From a virus (Duplodnaviria > Caudoviricetes), in IMG/VR virus record IMGVR_UViG_3300021962_000107, positions 1 through 61,100 of that record: DNA of 61,100 bases; one strand, written 5' to 3'. The notes beneath the pieces are model-generated. The model was not told the DNA's origin and made no database searches. It saw only the letters and a program-made list of their open reading frames with translations. Each line of letters starts with the position of its first letter. Within the stretch, counting starts at the first letter, position 1. The position numbers and the translations under genes are program-made. Positions 44,993 to 55,097 of the stretch are shown here, in pieces.

Positions 44993-45196
44993 ATGTCAGA
45001 AACAACAAATGTTTCAGTAACACTTGGATATACACTTAATTTAGGAAATTTCCAAAGTCTTAGAATTGATTTAGGAATTACAGATTTTGTTCGTAATGGA
45101 GAGAATACAGATCAGGCACTTGATAGGGTATACCAGTTTGTAGAAAATAAAGTAATTGAAAAAGTAGAAGAAGCTAAAAAAGAATTAGAGGACTAG
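44993..45196 (+). CDS. Hypothetical protein
   Basis: AGGAG SD; VTLGYTLNLGNFQSLRID. Confidence 0.65.
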   Translation: MSETTNVSVTLGYTLNLGNFQSLRIDLGITDFVRNGENTDQALDRVYQFVENKVIEKVEEAKKELED

Positions 45197-45504
45197 TGGC
45201 GGATAAGAAAGATCGCTTTGCACTAATATCTAGATATAAGAAGTTAATTAAAGAAAAAACACAAAAAGATGAAAACATTAATATACATGCCCAACAGTGG
45301 GCAGCAGATTCTTTAATTGAATCTTATGGGGTAGAAACTTGCTACGATCTAATTGAGTATTATGTTAGAGTGTCTGCATCTCCAACTTGGAAATGGTTTG
45401 CAAATAATGCAGATAAGGTGTATGATTCTAAAAGGTTAAAAGAAGAAGACGATGCAACAAGAGTGTTGCTAAGAGAACAAGCAAGGGAATGGCTAAATAA
45501 GTAA
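45196..45504 (+). CDS. Hypothetical protein upstream of the helicase
   Basis: GAGG SD; coupled to both neighbours. Confidence 0.6.
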   Translation: MADKKDRFALISRYKKLIKEKTQKDENINIHAQQWAADSLIESYGVETCYDLIEYYVRVSASPTWKWFANNADKVYDSKRLKEEDDATRVLLREQAREWLNK

Positions 45505-46724
45505 TGGTTGATTTGGAAGCAAAAGTACTGTCTGCTGTATTGAACGATAAGCAGATACATGTTCTTTTTCAAGCAAATCCAGATAGTCTATTTAGAACTC
45601 ACAAGGACGTTTGGGATTTTGTAAAAAATTACTATGAGCAAAATTCTAGTGTACCAACACAGTCATTACTTGTAGAAAAGTTTAGAGACTTCCAGCCAGT
45701 TGGAGAAATTGGGTCAACAAAGCATCACTTAGAAGAGCTTAGAACAAAGTATCTTGAAGATAACTTAAGAAATGTTTTAATGTCAAGTGCAAAGCAATTA
45801 AATGATAATCAACCAGTAGAAGCTTTAAACACAATTATTTCTAAGACATCTGATCTTAAAAGAATTAGTGCAGATGTAAGAGACATTGATGCAACAGATA
45901 TTGAAGATGCTGCTGCACACTTCATACATATTAAAGAATTAAGTGAAAGAGGTATTCATGGTGTTAGAACGAATCTTGCAGGTTTTGATAACTACTTACC
46001 TGGTGGTATTACTCCTGGTCAATTTGGCATTCTTCTTGCTTACCCTGCCATTGGTAAGTCTTGGCTCGCTATTTTTATGGCTGTACAAGCGTGGAAAGCT
46101 GGAAAAGTACCGCTAGTAGTATCTCTTGAAATGACAGAAAAAGAAGTTAGAAACCGTGTCTATACAATTATGGCAGAGGGATATTTTTCCCATCGCAAAC
46201 TAAGTGCAGGTACAGTTGATATTGAAGGTTTTGAAAATTGGGCTAAGCAGCATTTAAAAGACAAGCCACCATTTTATATTATTTCTAACGATGGTCTTGG
46301 AGAAGTAACCCCTTCTGTTGTTAGGGGAAAAATAGATCAGTATTCTCCAGATGTAGTATTCATTGACTACATTCAGCTTATGAATTCTAATCAAGGAAAT
46401 GATAATGAAGTTGTTAAGATTAAAAATATCTCAAGAGAATTAAAAGTACTTGCAATTTCTTCACAGGTTCCAGTTATTGCTATTGCTTCTGCAACACCAG
46501 ATGATGCAACAGATATGAATAGCGTTCCATCTCTTGGTCAAGTTGCTTGGTCTAAGCAGTTAGCTTACGATGCTGACTGGGTTTTAGCTCTTGGTCGTGC
46601 AACAGGTAGTACAATTCTTGAATGTATATTTAGAAAAAATAGGCATGGCTTCTGTGGAGAATTTATGGTAGATATTGATTTTGACTCTGGTCGCTTTATT
46701 TATAAGGATTTTGAATCAAGTTAG
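45504..46724 (+). CDS. dnaB: Replicative DnaB-like helicase
   Basis: Walker A YPAIGKS, SLEM, FIDYIQLM, ISRELKVLA, DADWV, KNRHG. Confidence 0.92.
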   Translation: MVDLEAKVLSAVLNDKQIHVLFQANPDSLFRTHKDVWDFVKNYYEQNSSVPTQSLLVEKFRDFQPVGEIGSTKHHLEELRTKYLEDNLRNVLMSSAKQLNDNQPVEALNTIISKTSDLKRISADVRDIDATDIEDAAAHFIHIKELSERGIHGVRTNLAGFDNYLPGGITPGQFGILLAYPAIGKSWLAIFMAVQAWKAGKVPLVVSLEMTEKEVRNRVYTIMAEGYFSHRKLSAGTVDIEGFENWAKQHLKDKPPFYIISNDGLGEVTPSVVRGKIDQYSPDVVFIDYIQLMNSNQGNDNEVVKIKNISRELKVLAISSQVPVIAIASATPDDATDMNSVPSLGQVAWSKQLAYDADWVLALGRATGSTILECIFRKNRHGFCGEFMVDIDFDSGRFIYKDFESS

Positions 46725-46734
46725 TTAATTCCAT

Positions 46735-46743
46735 TGATATAAT
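46735..46743 (+). promoter_or_regulatory. Extended -10 TGaTATAAT 7 nt upstream of ATG 46751 (leaderless)
   Basis: TGaTATAATtgatggtATG. Confidence 0.6.
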
Positions 46744-46750
46744 TGATGGT

Positions 46751-47062
46751 ATGTACGCTCATAAGTCAATAAAAAGATTTAGCCTTGATGGTGAAATTTA
46801 TGACGATGCTCACATCGTAAGACTAAAAGAGCAGTATACCTCTATGATAATTGCTGGAATGAGGTCTGATGGATATGTTCCAAGGTATGATATTGACACA
46901 GACTTTACATTAAGTTATAATGGAAGAACCTTTAATTTTGAAATATCAATTTATGGTGTTTATGTAGGAAAGAGAACGGCAGAGTGTATAGAGGGAATAG
47001 ACAAAAACAAACCAGTGATGGCTTCTTCTACTCAGAAGATCAAGTCAGAAGAAGTTTGTTAG
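46751..47062 (+). CDS. Hypothetical protein
   Basis: Intact 103-aa ORF with its own promoter. Confidence 0.65.
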   Translation: MYAHKSIKRFSLDGEIYDDAHIVRLKEQYTSMIIAGMRSDGYVPRYDIDTDFTLSYNGRTFNFEISIYGVYVGKRTAECIEGIDKNKPVMASSTQKIKSEEVC

Positions 47063-47937
47063 CAGCAGGAATTGATGTCGTCTACGAAGTAGAATCTGAT
47101 TTTATAATCTTCTGCCCTTATCATAATAATTATAGATCACCTGCTGCAGAAATATCAAAAGAAAGCGGATTATTTTATTGCTTTGGATGCCAAGAATCTC
47201 ATTCTTTAATTGAAGTAATAATGCATGTAACAAAGCGTTCGTATTTTGAGTCTGCAAGACTAGTTGACTCTAAATCAGATAATCATAATTTTATAGAGGC
47301 TCTTGAGACAAAGCTTGATAAGAAACCAGAGTTTATAGAATTTGATTCTAGTCTTATTAAAAAGTTAAATCAGGCAGCATTAAACTCACAAAGAGCTGCC
47401 CAATACTATCTTGGTAGAGGAATTACAAAAGACAGTGTTGAGAGGTATCTACTTGGATACTCTGAAAATCAAGATATGGTTACAATCCCAGTACACTCTC
47501 CTGATGGTATGTGCTTGGGGTTTGTAGGTAGATCTGTAGAAGGCAAAGAGTTTAAGAATACTCCAGGACTTCCAAAGGCAAAAACAATGTTTAATTTATT
47601 TAGAGCAAAAAGATTTGACAAGGTATTTGTAGTTGAATCATCCTTTGATGCAATACGTCTAGAACAGGTAGGAGCACATGCTGTAGCCACATTAGGAGCA
47701 TCTGTGTCAGGTAGACAGAGGGAACTCTTAAAACAGTATTTTAATAATGTAATAGTTTTAGGAGACAACGATGATGCAGGAAAAGAAATGGCTAAAAAGC
47801 TATCCAACATTCTTGGATCAAGTGCAATAAACGCAAGTCTTCCAGAATCAGTAAAAGATGTATCAGAACTATCTGATGATGAATTAAAAAAGTTTGTATC
47901 ACAATTTGACGATCTCATAGCAAATGTGTTACAATAG
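46984..47937 (+). CDS. dnaG: DNA primase (Zn finger plus TOPRIM)
   Basis: CPYH...CFGC; VESSFDA, ATLG, GDNDDAG, KDVSE; exact start uncertain. Confidence 0.88.
   Translation: MYRGNRQKQTSDGFFYSEDQVRRSLLAAGIDVVYEVESDFIIFCPYHNNYRSPAAEISKESGLFYCFGCQESHSLIEVIMHVTKRSYFESARLVDSKSDNHNFIEALETKLDKKPEFIEFDSSLIKKLNQAALNSQRAAQYYLGRGITKDSVERYLLGYSENQDMVTIPVHSPDGMCLGFVGRSVEGKEFKNTPGLPKAKTMFNLFRAKRFDKVFVVESSFDAIRLEQVGAHAVATLGASVSGRQRELLKQYFNNVIVLGDNDDAGKEMAKKLSNILGSSAINASLPESVKDVSELSDDELKKFVSQFDDLIANVLQ
47906..47935 (+). promoter_or_regulatory. Promoter for ssb
   Basis: TTGACG-18 nt-TACAAT with extended TG. Confidence 0.6.
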
Positions 47938-47978
47938 TTAAATCGTCCACATATAGGACAAATATTAGGAGAAATATT

Positions 47979-48629
47979 ATGGCAATTGTAAAAGGGCTAA
48001 AGAATATCGAAGCAATGCTAGATAAGCCAAAGTTCGAAAATAATGGTCCACGAGTAACGTGGCTAAAACTAGAAGACAACCAGAGTGTATCCGTTCGTTT
48101 TGTTAACGAACTTGATGGAGACTCCCCAAGCTATGATGAAAAGAATGGTCTAGCTATCGTTGTATCTGAGCACACAAATCCAAAAGACTATAAGCGTAAG
48201 GCAGCATGTTCTGCTGAAAGCGAAGGTCGTTGTTTTGGTTGTGAAATGCATAGAAAAGACATGAAGGCTGGATGGAGATCACGTCTACGATTCTACATTA
48301 ATGTGCTAGTTGACGATGGTGTAAACGATCCATACATCGCTGTATGGAGCATGGGTGTAGCAAAATCTGCAACATTTGACACAATTCGTGAATATGTTCA
48401 AGACTCACAAAGTCTTTCAAACATGACATGGAAATTAAAGCGAAATGGTAAGGGAACTGAGACAACCTATATTCTAATTCCAATTAAGCAGGATGAAGAA
48501 AAGTTTGATTGGTCTAAGCATGAGATTCCAGATCTTGAAGCAGTTGTAAGAGAAGTACCTTACGCTGAACAAGAATCTTTCTATCTTGGTTTTGATAATC
48601 CAGCTGTATCTACTTCTGTAGATTGGTAA
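47979..48629 (+). CDS. Single-stranded DNA-binding protein (gp32-like)
   Basis: WLKLED..SV.VRF, H...C...C..C Zn ligands, LKRNGKGTETTY, aromatic C-terminus; between primase and polymerase. Confidence 0.7.
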   Translation: MAIVKGLKNIEAMLDKPKFENNGPRVTWLKLEDNQSVSVRFVNELDGDSPSYDEKNGLAIVVSEHTNPKDYKRKAACSAESEGRCFGCEMHRKDMKAGWRSRLRFYINVLVDDGVNDPYIAVWSMGVAKSATFDTIREYVQDSQSLSNMTWKLKRNGKGTETTYILIPIKQDEEKFDWSKHEIPDLEAVVREVPYAEQESFYLGFDNPAVSTSVDW

Positions 48630-48633
48630 TTGC

Positions 48634-48658
48634 GGTGGGGGAGAAGTACTCCCCCACC
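48634..48658 (+). terminator. GC-rich stem-loop between ssb and dnaE
   Basis: GGTGGGGGAG-AAGTA-CTCCCCCACC; perfect 10 bp; no U-tract. Confidence 0.65.
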
Positions 48659-48678
48659 CTATACAAAGAAAGGTTAAA

Positions 48679-51600
48679 ATGACTTACGTTCCACTGCACG
48701 TTCACACACACTATTCTTTAATGGACGGTGTTGCTACACCAGAAGAGTATGCAAAACGTGCTTCTGAAATTGGACTACCAGCAATTGCAGTAACTGATCA
48801 TGGCGTTTTGTCTGGTCATAGACCCATGTATAGGGCTGCTAAAAATAATGGTATTAAGCCAATTTTAGGTATTGAAGGATATATAACTGCAGATAGATTT
48901 GATAACAGAGACAAATCTGAAAGAACTGATCCTTTAGATATGGTGTATAACCACATCGTTCTTCTTGCAAAAAATGACAAAGGTTTAGAAAATTTAAATA
49001 AACTTAACGAACTTGCCTGGACTGAAGGCTACTACAAGAAGCCAAGAATTGATTTTGAAATCCTTGGAAAATACAATGAAGGTATCATCGTTTTATCAGC
49101 ATGTATGAGTGGACTTCTTGCAAAGGCAATTGAGCATAAAGAGTATGCTGCTGCTAAAAAGCATATGACTTGGTTTAAAGATAAGTTTGGTGATGATTTT
49201 TATGTAGAAGTTATGCCACATAACTCTGCTGAATTAAATAAAGAACTTCTTGAAATGGCAGACACATATGGCGTGAAGCCAGTTGTAACACCTGACTGCC
49301 ACCACTCTGATAAGAGTCAAAAGGTAATTCAAGAAATGATGTTACTTTTAAACACACATGCAAAGCTTAACAAAGAGGCAACATTTGACAAGGCTTCTAA
49401 GATTGAAGACCCTATGAAACGCCTTGACTATTTGTATGGTGAAGATAGAATGATGAGCTTTAGAACATTTGATATCCATCTTCTTTCATATGAAGAAATT
49501 AAATCTGCTATGCAACAGCAGGGCATTAAGCGTGAAGATATTTATTCAAACTCTATAGAGATTGCAAACAAGGTAGAGGAATATACAATTCATGAAAATC
49601 TAGACCTTCTTCCAATTCAAGTAAATGATCCAGATGCTGAACTACTTGCCCTGTCCTCTGCTGGATTAAAGAAAAAAGGGTTGAATACTGATCAAAGATA
49701 TGTTGCTAGGCTAAACGAAGAGCTAGATATTATTAAAAGTAAAAACTTTTCACCCTATTTTTTAGTTGTTCATAATATGCTTAACTGGGCTAAAGAGCAA
49801 GGTATTATGGTTGGTCCTGGTCGTGGCTCTGCTGCAGGTTCTTTAGTATGCTACGCACTTGGAATTACAGACATTGATCCAATTGAATATGGTCTTCTGT
49901 TTTTCCGTTTTATTAATCCAGATCGTAATGACTTTCCCGATATTGATTCAGATATTGCTGATGATAGAAGAGAAGAAGTTAAGGCATATCTAGAGCGTGA
50001 GTATAAGCATGTTGCTTCCATTGCAACCTTCTTAGAATTTAAAGACAAGGGTGTCGTAAGAGATGTTGCTAGAGCTTTTAATATACCGCTCAATGATGTT
50101 AATAAAGTTTTAAAGGGTGTGGATAGTTGGGACGATTTTACAAAGTCTGCAAACGCTCAATGGTTTAGAATGAAGTATCCTGAAATTGTTAAATATGGCG
50201 AACAGCTTCGTGGTAGAATTCGTGGTACTGGTATTCATGCTGCAGGTGTTGTTACTGCAAAAGATTCAATCTTCAAGTATGCTCCACTTGAAACACGAAT
50301 CGCACCAGGAAGTAAAGAAAGAATTCCAGTAGTTGCAGTTGACATGGAAGAGGCTGCAGAAATTGGTCTAATTAAACTTGATGTGCTTGGTCTTAAAACT
50401 TTAACAGTAATTGATCAAACTATTAAAACAATTAAAGAGCGTCATGGAAAAGATATTGATCTTAAGCAAATACCTCTAAATGATAAAAAAGTGTTTGAGA
50501 TGCTTTCTGAGGGTCGTACAAAGGGTGTTTTCCAGTGTGAAGCAACTCCTTATACAAACTTGCTTGTTAAAATGAGAGTAAGTAATTTTGATGAACTAGT
50601 TGCCTCTAATGCACTTGTTAGACCAGGTGCTATGAATACTATTGGAAAATCATATATCGCTCGTAAGCACGGTAGAGAGATGGTTGAGTACATTCATCCA
50701 TCTATGAATGAATATTTAAAAGATACATATGGATGTGTCTTATATCAGGAACAAGTTATGCAAGCTTGTGTTGTTCTTGGTGGCATGACTATGGTTGAAG
50801 CTGATAAGGTTCGTAAGATTATCGGAAAGAAAAAAGATGCTAAAGAGTTTGACATATTCAAAGATAAGTTTGTCAACAATGCAGAAAAACATATTGGCAT
50901 TAGGGCAAAAGATTTGTGGCATGACTTTGAGGCACATGCAGGATATTCCTTTAATAAGTCTCACGCTGTTGCATATTCAACATTATCTTATTGGACAGCT
51001 TGGCTAAAATATCACTATCCACTTGAGTTTATGTTTTCACTTTTAAAAAGCGAAAAAGACAGTGATACTCGTACAGAGTATTTGATTGAGTCAAAGCGTA
51101 TGGGGCTATCCCTAAAGCTTCCTCATATTAATGAATCTGATTCAGATTTTAAGATTGAAGGTAAGGGAATTAGGTTTGGTCTTGCTGCAATCAAGTGGTT
51201 ATCAGAAGGTGTTGCAAATAAGATAATTGCTGGTAGACCATTTGAATCTAAAGAGCAGTTTAAAAAATTTGCAGGACAAAAAGGTAGTGGAATTAATTCA
51301 AGAGCTGTTGAAGCACTAGACTTGATTGGTGCACTTACATTTGATGATAATCCAAGAGATGAAGTTAAGGTTAGAGAAAATCTTTACGAATACTTAAATC
51401 TTCCTGAATTAAATACAAGTGTTCCACAACACTATTATGCATACATAGATCTTGTAGAAGACTTTGATGAACAAGGAGTGTTTGTGCTGCTTGGTATTGC
51501 AAAAAATATTAAGCGTGGTAAAGGTTGGTCAAGAGTAGAGATCATGGATTCAACTGGCGTTATTGGAATATTTGATGATGAAGAGACAAAAATTGAGCCA

Positions 51601-51948
51601 GGTAGGACTTATTTAATTCTTGCAGGTGCAAATAGAATATCGGAAGCTATTCCTATTGATGAATTAAAAGATCATAAAGATAGTCCTCTTATAAAATTTT
51701 TAAATTATAAGCAGATTCCATTTGCAAATGATGAACACTTTGTGCTATCATTTACTCCAAGAGTTACTAAGGCTGGAAAAAGAATGGCTAATATGATTGT
51801 TGCAGATGCTTCAAGAGAAATGACTGCAGTTATGGTTTTCCCAACAATGTTCTCAACTGGATATATGAAATGCCAGCCTGGAAAAGTAACAAAAATAAAT
51901 TTTGGTGAAACAAAAGAAGGAACAATTACATTGAAGGAAGTATTATAA
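48679..51948 (+). CDS. dnaE: DNA polymerase III alpha subunit (DnaE-type)
   Basis: PHP HVHTHYSLMDG/TDHG; GPGRGSAAGS; FPDIDSD; GIHAAG; KLDVLGL; GYSFNKSH. Confidence 0.95.
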   Translation: MTYVPLHVHTHYSLMDGVATPEEYAKRASEIGLPAIAVTDHGVLSGHRPMYRAAKNNGIKPILGIEGYITADRFDNRDKSERTDPLDMVYNHIVLLAKNDKGLENLNKLNELAWTEGYYKKPRIDFEILGKYNEGIIVLSACMSGLLAKAIEHKEYAAAKKHMTWFKDKFGDDFYVEVMPHNSAELNKELLEMADTYGVKPVVTPDCHHSDKSQKVIQEMMLLLNTHAKLNKEATFDKASKIEDPMKRLDYLYGEDRMMSFRTFDIHLLSYEEIKSAMQQQGIKREDIYSNSIEIANKVEEYTIHENLDLLPIQVNDPDAELLALSSAGLKKKGLNTDQRYVARLNEELDIIKSKNFSPYFLVVHNMLNWAKEQGIMVGPGRGSAAGSLVCYALGITDIDPIEYGLLFFRFINPDRNDFPDIDSDIADDRREEVKAYLEREYKHVASIATFLEFKDKGVVRDVARAFNIPLNDVNKVLKGVDSWDDFTKSANAQWFRMKYPEIVKYGEQLRGRIRGTGIHAAGVVTAKDSIFKYAPLETRIAPGSKERIPVVAVDMEEAAEIGLIKLDVLGLKTLTVIDQTIKTIKERHGKDIDLKQIPLNDKKVFEMLSEGRTKGVFQCEATPYTNLLVKMRVSNFDELVASNALVRPGAMNTIGKSYIARKHGREMVEYIHPSMNEYLKDTYGCVLYQEQVMQACVVLGGMTMVEADKVRKIIGKKKDAKEFDIFKDKFVNNAEKHIGIRAKDLWHDFEAHAGYSFNKSHAVAYSTLSYWTAWLKYHYPLEFMFSLLKSEKDSDTRTEYLIESKRMGLSLKLPHINESDSDFKIEGKGIRFGLAAIKWLSEGVANKIIAGRPFESKEQFKKFAGQKGSGINSRAVEALDLIGALTFDDNPRDEVKVRENLYEYLNLPELNTSVPQHYYAYIDLVEDFDEQGVFVLLGIAKNIKRGKGWSRVEIMDSTGVIGIFDDEETKIEPGRTYLILAGANRISEAIPIDELKDHKDSPLIKFLNYKQIPFANDEHFVLSFTPRVTKAGKRMANMIVADASREMTAVMVFPTMFSTGYMKCQPGKVTKINFGETKEGTITLKEVL

Positions 51949-52275
51949 ATGGCTATAGTTATTGATGAATTTGCAGCAGTATTACATGCAAATGCAAGAG
52001 ATAAAGGTTTTTGGGATGAAAATAATGGAACTATTTTTTATCTAAAGCAGCTTGCAATGGTTCACTCAGAGGTGTCTGAGGTGCTTGAGGCGATACGCAA
52101 GGAGAAGGGGGATGACCAGGTAGTGGAAGAACTAGCTGACATCATTATTAGGGTCTTAGATTTATATGCTGGTTTAGTTAGAGATGGTTATACTAACTTG
52201 TCTCTTGAAGAATCTTTAAAGTCAAAAGCTCAAATAAATACAGAACGTCCTAGAATGCATGGTGTTTTAGCATGA
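51949..52275 (+). CDS. MazG-like NTP pyrophosphohydrolase
   Basis: HSEVSEVLEA...EELADIIIR.LD. Confidence 0.8.
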   Translation: MAIVIDEFAAVLHANARDKGFWDENNGTIFYLKQLAMVHSEVSEVLEAIRKEKGDDQVVEELADIIIRVLDLYAGLVRDGYTNLSLEESLKSKAQINTERPRMHGVLA

Positions 52276-53285
52276 CAAAAATAGATATAGATGATTTCTT
52301 GTCTCAACTAGATCCAAAGTTGCGTAAAAAGATTACAAGTGGAGACACTATTGAAATAAACAAGCAAAAGACACCAAGTATTAGTTTGAATAATGCACTT
52401 AAGGGTGGGTTTGGGTATGGTCGTCAGGTTCTAATTTGGGGAAATAAGTCTGCAGGAAAGTCTTCATTCTGTTTACAGATGATTGCTGATGCTCAAAAAG
52501 ATGGAAAGATTTGTGCGTGGATTGATGCAGAGGCATCCTTTGATCCAGAGTGGGCAAGAAAACTTGGTGTTGACGTTGAGCAGTTAATTTATTCAAATGC
52601 TAGAAGTATGAATGAAATGGTTGACGTTGGTGTTCAGTTAATGAAGGCTGGAGTTGATATCTTAATTGTTGACTCTATCTCTGCATTGCTTCCTGCTATC
52701 TACTTTGAAAAAGATTCAGAAGAGCTTAAGCAATTAGAAAATACTAAGCAAATTGGTGCAGAAGCAAGAGATATGACAAATGCAGTAAAGATGCTTAACT
52801 ATGCAAATAACAATGATAAGCCAACCCTTCTTGTATTGATTTCTCAACAAAGAAATAATATTGGTGCAATGTTTGCTTCTCATCAGCCAACTGGTGGTCA
52901 TGCTGTTAAGTTTTTTAGTAGCACAATTGTTAAACTTTGGTCAAGTGAATCTGACAATCAGGCAATCAAGGGAAAGATCGTTTCAGGAGATAAGATTATT
53001 GAATCCAAGATTGGTCGTGTAGTTAATTGGCACGTTGATTTTAACAAGACTGGTCCAGCTTTTGTCGCAGGGTCTTATGACTTTTACTTTGATGGAGACG
53101 GCTCTATGGGTGTAGATAAGATTGCTGATCTTGTTGATACCGCAGAATTAGTTGGGGCAATTCAAAAGGGTGGTGCTTGGTACACTGTAGGAGAAGAAAG
53201 ACTTCAGGGTAGGGCAAAGGTTATTGAATGGCTTAAAGAAGATCCAAAAAGAGTTTCAGATTTAGAGGCAAAGTTAGATGTATAA
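52272..53285 (+). CDS. recA: RecA-like recombinase
   Basis: GNKSAGKS, WIDAE, IVDSISAL, TGGHAVKF, KGGAWY. Confidence 0.92.
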   Translation: MTKIDIDDFLSQLDPKLRKKITSGDTIEINKQKTPSISLNNALKGGFGYGRQVLIWGNKSAGKSSFCLQMIADAQKDGKICAWIDAEASFDPEWARKLGVDVEQLIYSNARSMNEMVDVGVQLMKAGVDILIVDSISALLPAIYFEKDSEELKQLENTKQIGAEARDMTNAVKMLNYANNNDKPTLLVLISQQRNNIGAMFASHQPTGGHAVKFFSSTIVKLWSSESDNQAIKGKIVSGDKIIESKIGRVVNWHVDFNKTGPAFVAGSYDFYFDGDGSMGVDKIADLVDTAELVGAIQKGGAWYTVGEERLQGRAKVIEWLKEDPKRVSDLEAKLDV

Positions 53286-53439
53286 AGACTTCTCTGAATA
53301 TAGAGGAAAGTTTTTTTGCCACACATGTAAAGAACCTGTGTTGATTGCAAGATTTTATAAAAATACAACAATGGATTTAACGTGGCTATGCTCTAAAAAA
53401 CATTTGTCAAAAGTTAACTTTAATAGCAAGGGGTACTAA
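53278..53439 (+). CDS. 53-aa Zn-ribbon microprotein (not in the ORF track)
   Basis: MYKDFSEYRGKFFCHTCKEP...TWLCSKKHLSKV...KGY*; GAGG SD; coupled to both neighbours. Confidence 0.65.
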   Translation: MYKDFSEYRGKFFCHTCKEPVLIARFYKNTTMDLTWLCSKKHLSKVNFNSKGY

Positions 53440-53738
53440 TGAGTGAGCGTTCTGAACTAAAAAGAGCAGGTCTTAAGGCTCATAAAAACTCTGGAAGAGG
53501 TGCTGTTAAGGCTGATGGCAGTGATGATTACTTTGTTGTTGATGTAAAAGAATATAGTAAATCATTCTCTATTAGTCAAGATAATTGGGCTAAGATAGTT
53601 ACAGATACTTTAAAGGTAGATAGATCAAAAAATCCAGCACTAATGCTGGTTATTGGAGAAGGTAATAAAAAAGTTAGACTTGCCGTTATTGAATGGGAAG
53701 TGTTTGAAGAATTGAGGAACAATGGAGACAACAGTTGA
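53439..53738 (+). CDS. PD-(D/E)xK nuclease, Holliday-junction-resolvase-like
   Basis: SE..E...NSGRG..KADG...VDVKE. Confidence 0.65.
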   Translation: MSERSELKRAGLKAHKNSGRGAVKADGSDDYFVVDVKEYSKSFSISQDNWAKIVTDTLKVDRSKNPALMLVIGEGNKKVRLAVIEWEVFEELRNNGDNS

Positions 53739-54039
53739 TTTATTAAATCAGGTAAATGGATTTAACGAAATATCTGAACACATGCAAGATGAAGAGTTGA
53801 CTCAAACTCTTGCACTTGTTGCAAAACTTATATCTAAGCCAGATGTTCCAGCATCAATTGGAGTTGAACTAATTGTAAAGTTACAAGCATATTCTGCTAA
53901 ATTTGCAATGCTCGCTTCCTGGTATACTAATGTTAAGAAAGATGAAAGAGCAAAGAAGAATATTTATTATTCTGCAAAAGAAGCGACAGATCGCTTAGTA
54001 GACGCATTGAAGTATGCAGTTAGGATTAACAATGGCTAA
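53722..54039 (+). CDS. Hypothetical helical protein
   Basis: GAGG SD; overlaps both neighbours. Confidence 0.6.
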   Translation: METTVDLLNQVNGFNEISEHMQDEELTQTLALVAKLISKPDVPASIGVELIVKLQAYSAKFAMLASWYTNVKKDERAKKNIYYSAKEATDRLVDALKYAVRINNG

Positions 54040-54811
54040 GAGCCTTATTAATAAGTTGGTTGAAAAGCCAAAGAAGAGTGAAGAAAGTTTAATCAATAGT
54101 CAGGAGATTGTTGATAAAATTAAAGAAGGATATGCTTTACAAAGAAAATCTTCATTTAAAAAAAGAGATAGCTTTACCCCTTCAACATTAACTTATGGTG
54201 CAGGAAAGTGTCCAAGATTTTGGTACTTGTGGTTTGAAGGAAATGAATCAGATGTAAAGACTGATTGGTACTCAGTTGCAAATATGGATAGTGGTACTGA
54301 TCGCCATGGGCGTATTGAAAAGGCTATGGAGTCTGCAGGTATTCTTGTTACTAATGAAGAACGTTTATCTTATCAGGATCCACCAATTTCAGGTAGGACT
54401 GATGCCATTATTAAATGGAATGATATGGACATTCTTACTGAAATTAAGACTCTTAATGAGGACTCTTTTCATTATTTAAATGTTAAAGGAGAAGCAAGAA
54501 AATATCATGTTGAGCAACTTCTTATCTATATGAAAATTCTTAAGAAGAGTTTTGCATTTCTTGTTTATGAGTCAAAGAATAGTCATGAACTATCTATGTT
54601 TCCTGTAAAGCTTAATGAGCATTATAAAAACTTTATAAACTATTTCTTTGATTGGATGAGAGAAGTTAAAAAGGCTTTTGATGATGGTCTTCTTCCTGAA
54701 AACCCTTATCGTTCAAACTCTAAGGTATGTAAGAGTTGTGACTTTGAAACAGTATGTCGCACAAAGCCAAAGGGTGATATTAAAATAGCACCTAGGAAAG
54801 ATCTTGAATAA
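54032..54811 (+). CDS. Cas4/RecB-like exonuclease (4Fe-4S type)
   Basis: N-terminal CPR, GRTDA...EIKT, QL.IY, C-terminal CKSCDFETVC. Confidence 0.8.
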   Translation: MAKSLINKLVEKPKKSEESLINSQEIVDKIKEGYALQRKSSFKKRDSFTPSTLTYGAGKCPRFWYLWFEGNESDVKTDWYSVANMDSGTDRHGRIEKAMESAGILVTNEERLSYQDPPISGRTDAIIKWNDMDILTEIKTLNEDSFHYLNVKGEARKYHVEQLLIYMKILKKSFAFLVYESKNSHELSMFPVKLNEHYKNFINYFFDWMREVKKAFDDGLLPENPYRSNSKVCKSCDFETVCRTKPKGDIKIAPRKDLE

Positions 54812-55097
54812 ATTTTGTAAACTATGTGACGAACAGTTTCAGACAAATAATAAGAATCAAATTTATTGTTCTGCTGAATGTAGAAGTTCTGCAACTAAAG
54901 AAAAGATTATGCAAAGATACAAGGTTTCAAAAGCAAGGTCTCGTGCAAGTAAGTCCAGAAGGTGTGCTGGTGGATGTGGTATTGAAATTAGCATTTACAA
55001 CGATGTTGGCTTTTGCAATAATTGCATGATGAGCAAAAGAAAGCTAGACCAAACTCTTAAAGATATTAAAGGATTTTTTGACTATGAGCAAAAATAG
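54804..55097 (+). CDS. Zn-finger protein
   Basis: CKLC...YCSAEC...CAGGC...CNNC. Confidence 0.65.
   Translation: MNKFCKLCDEQFQTNNKNQIYCSAECRSSATKEKIMQRYKVSKARSRASKSRRCAGGCGIEISIYNDVGFCNNCMMSKRKLDQTLKDIKGFFDYEQK

Noticed and set aside
47945-47959. GTCC...GGAC mini-hairpin in the ssb leader as an autoregulatory element
   Set aside because: Only a 4-bp stem; too weak to support without comparative data
54032-54811. Cas4-like gene as evidence of CRISPR-Cas
   Set aside because: No cas1/cas2 and no repeat-spacer array; solo Cas4-like nucleases are common in phage recombination modules
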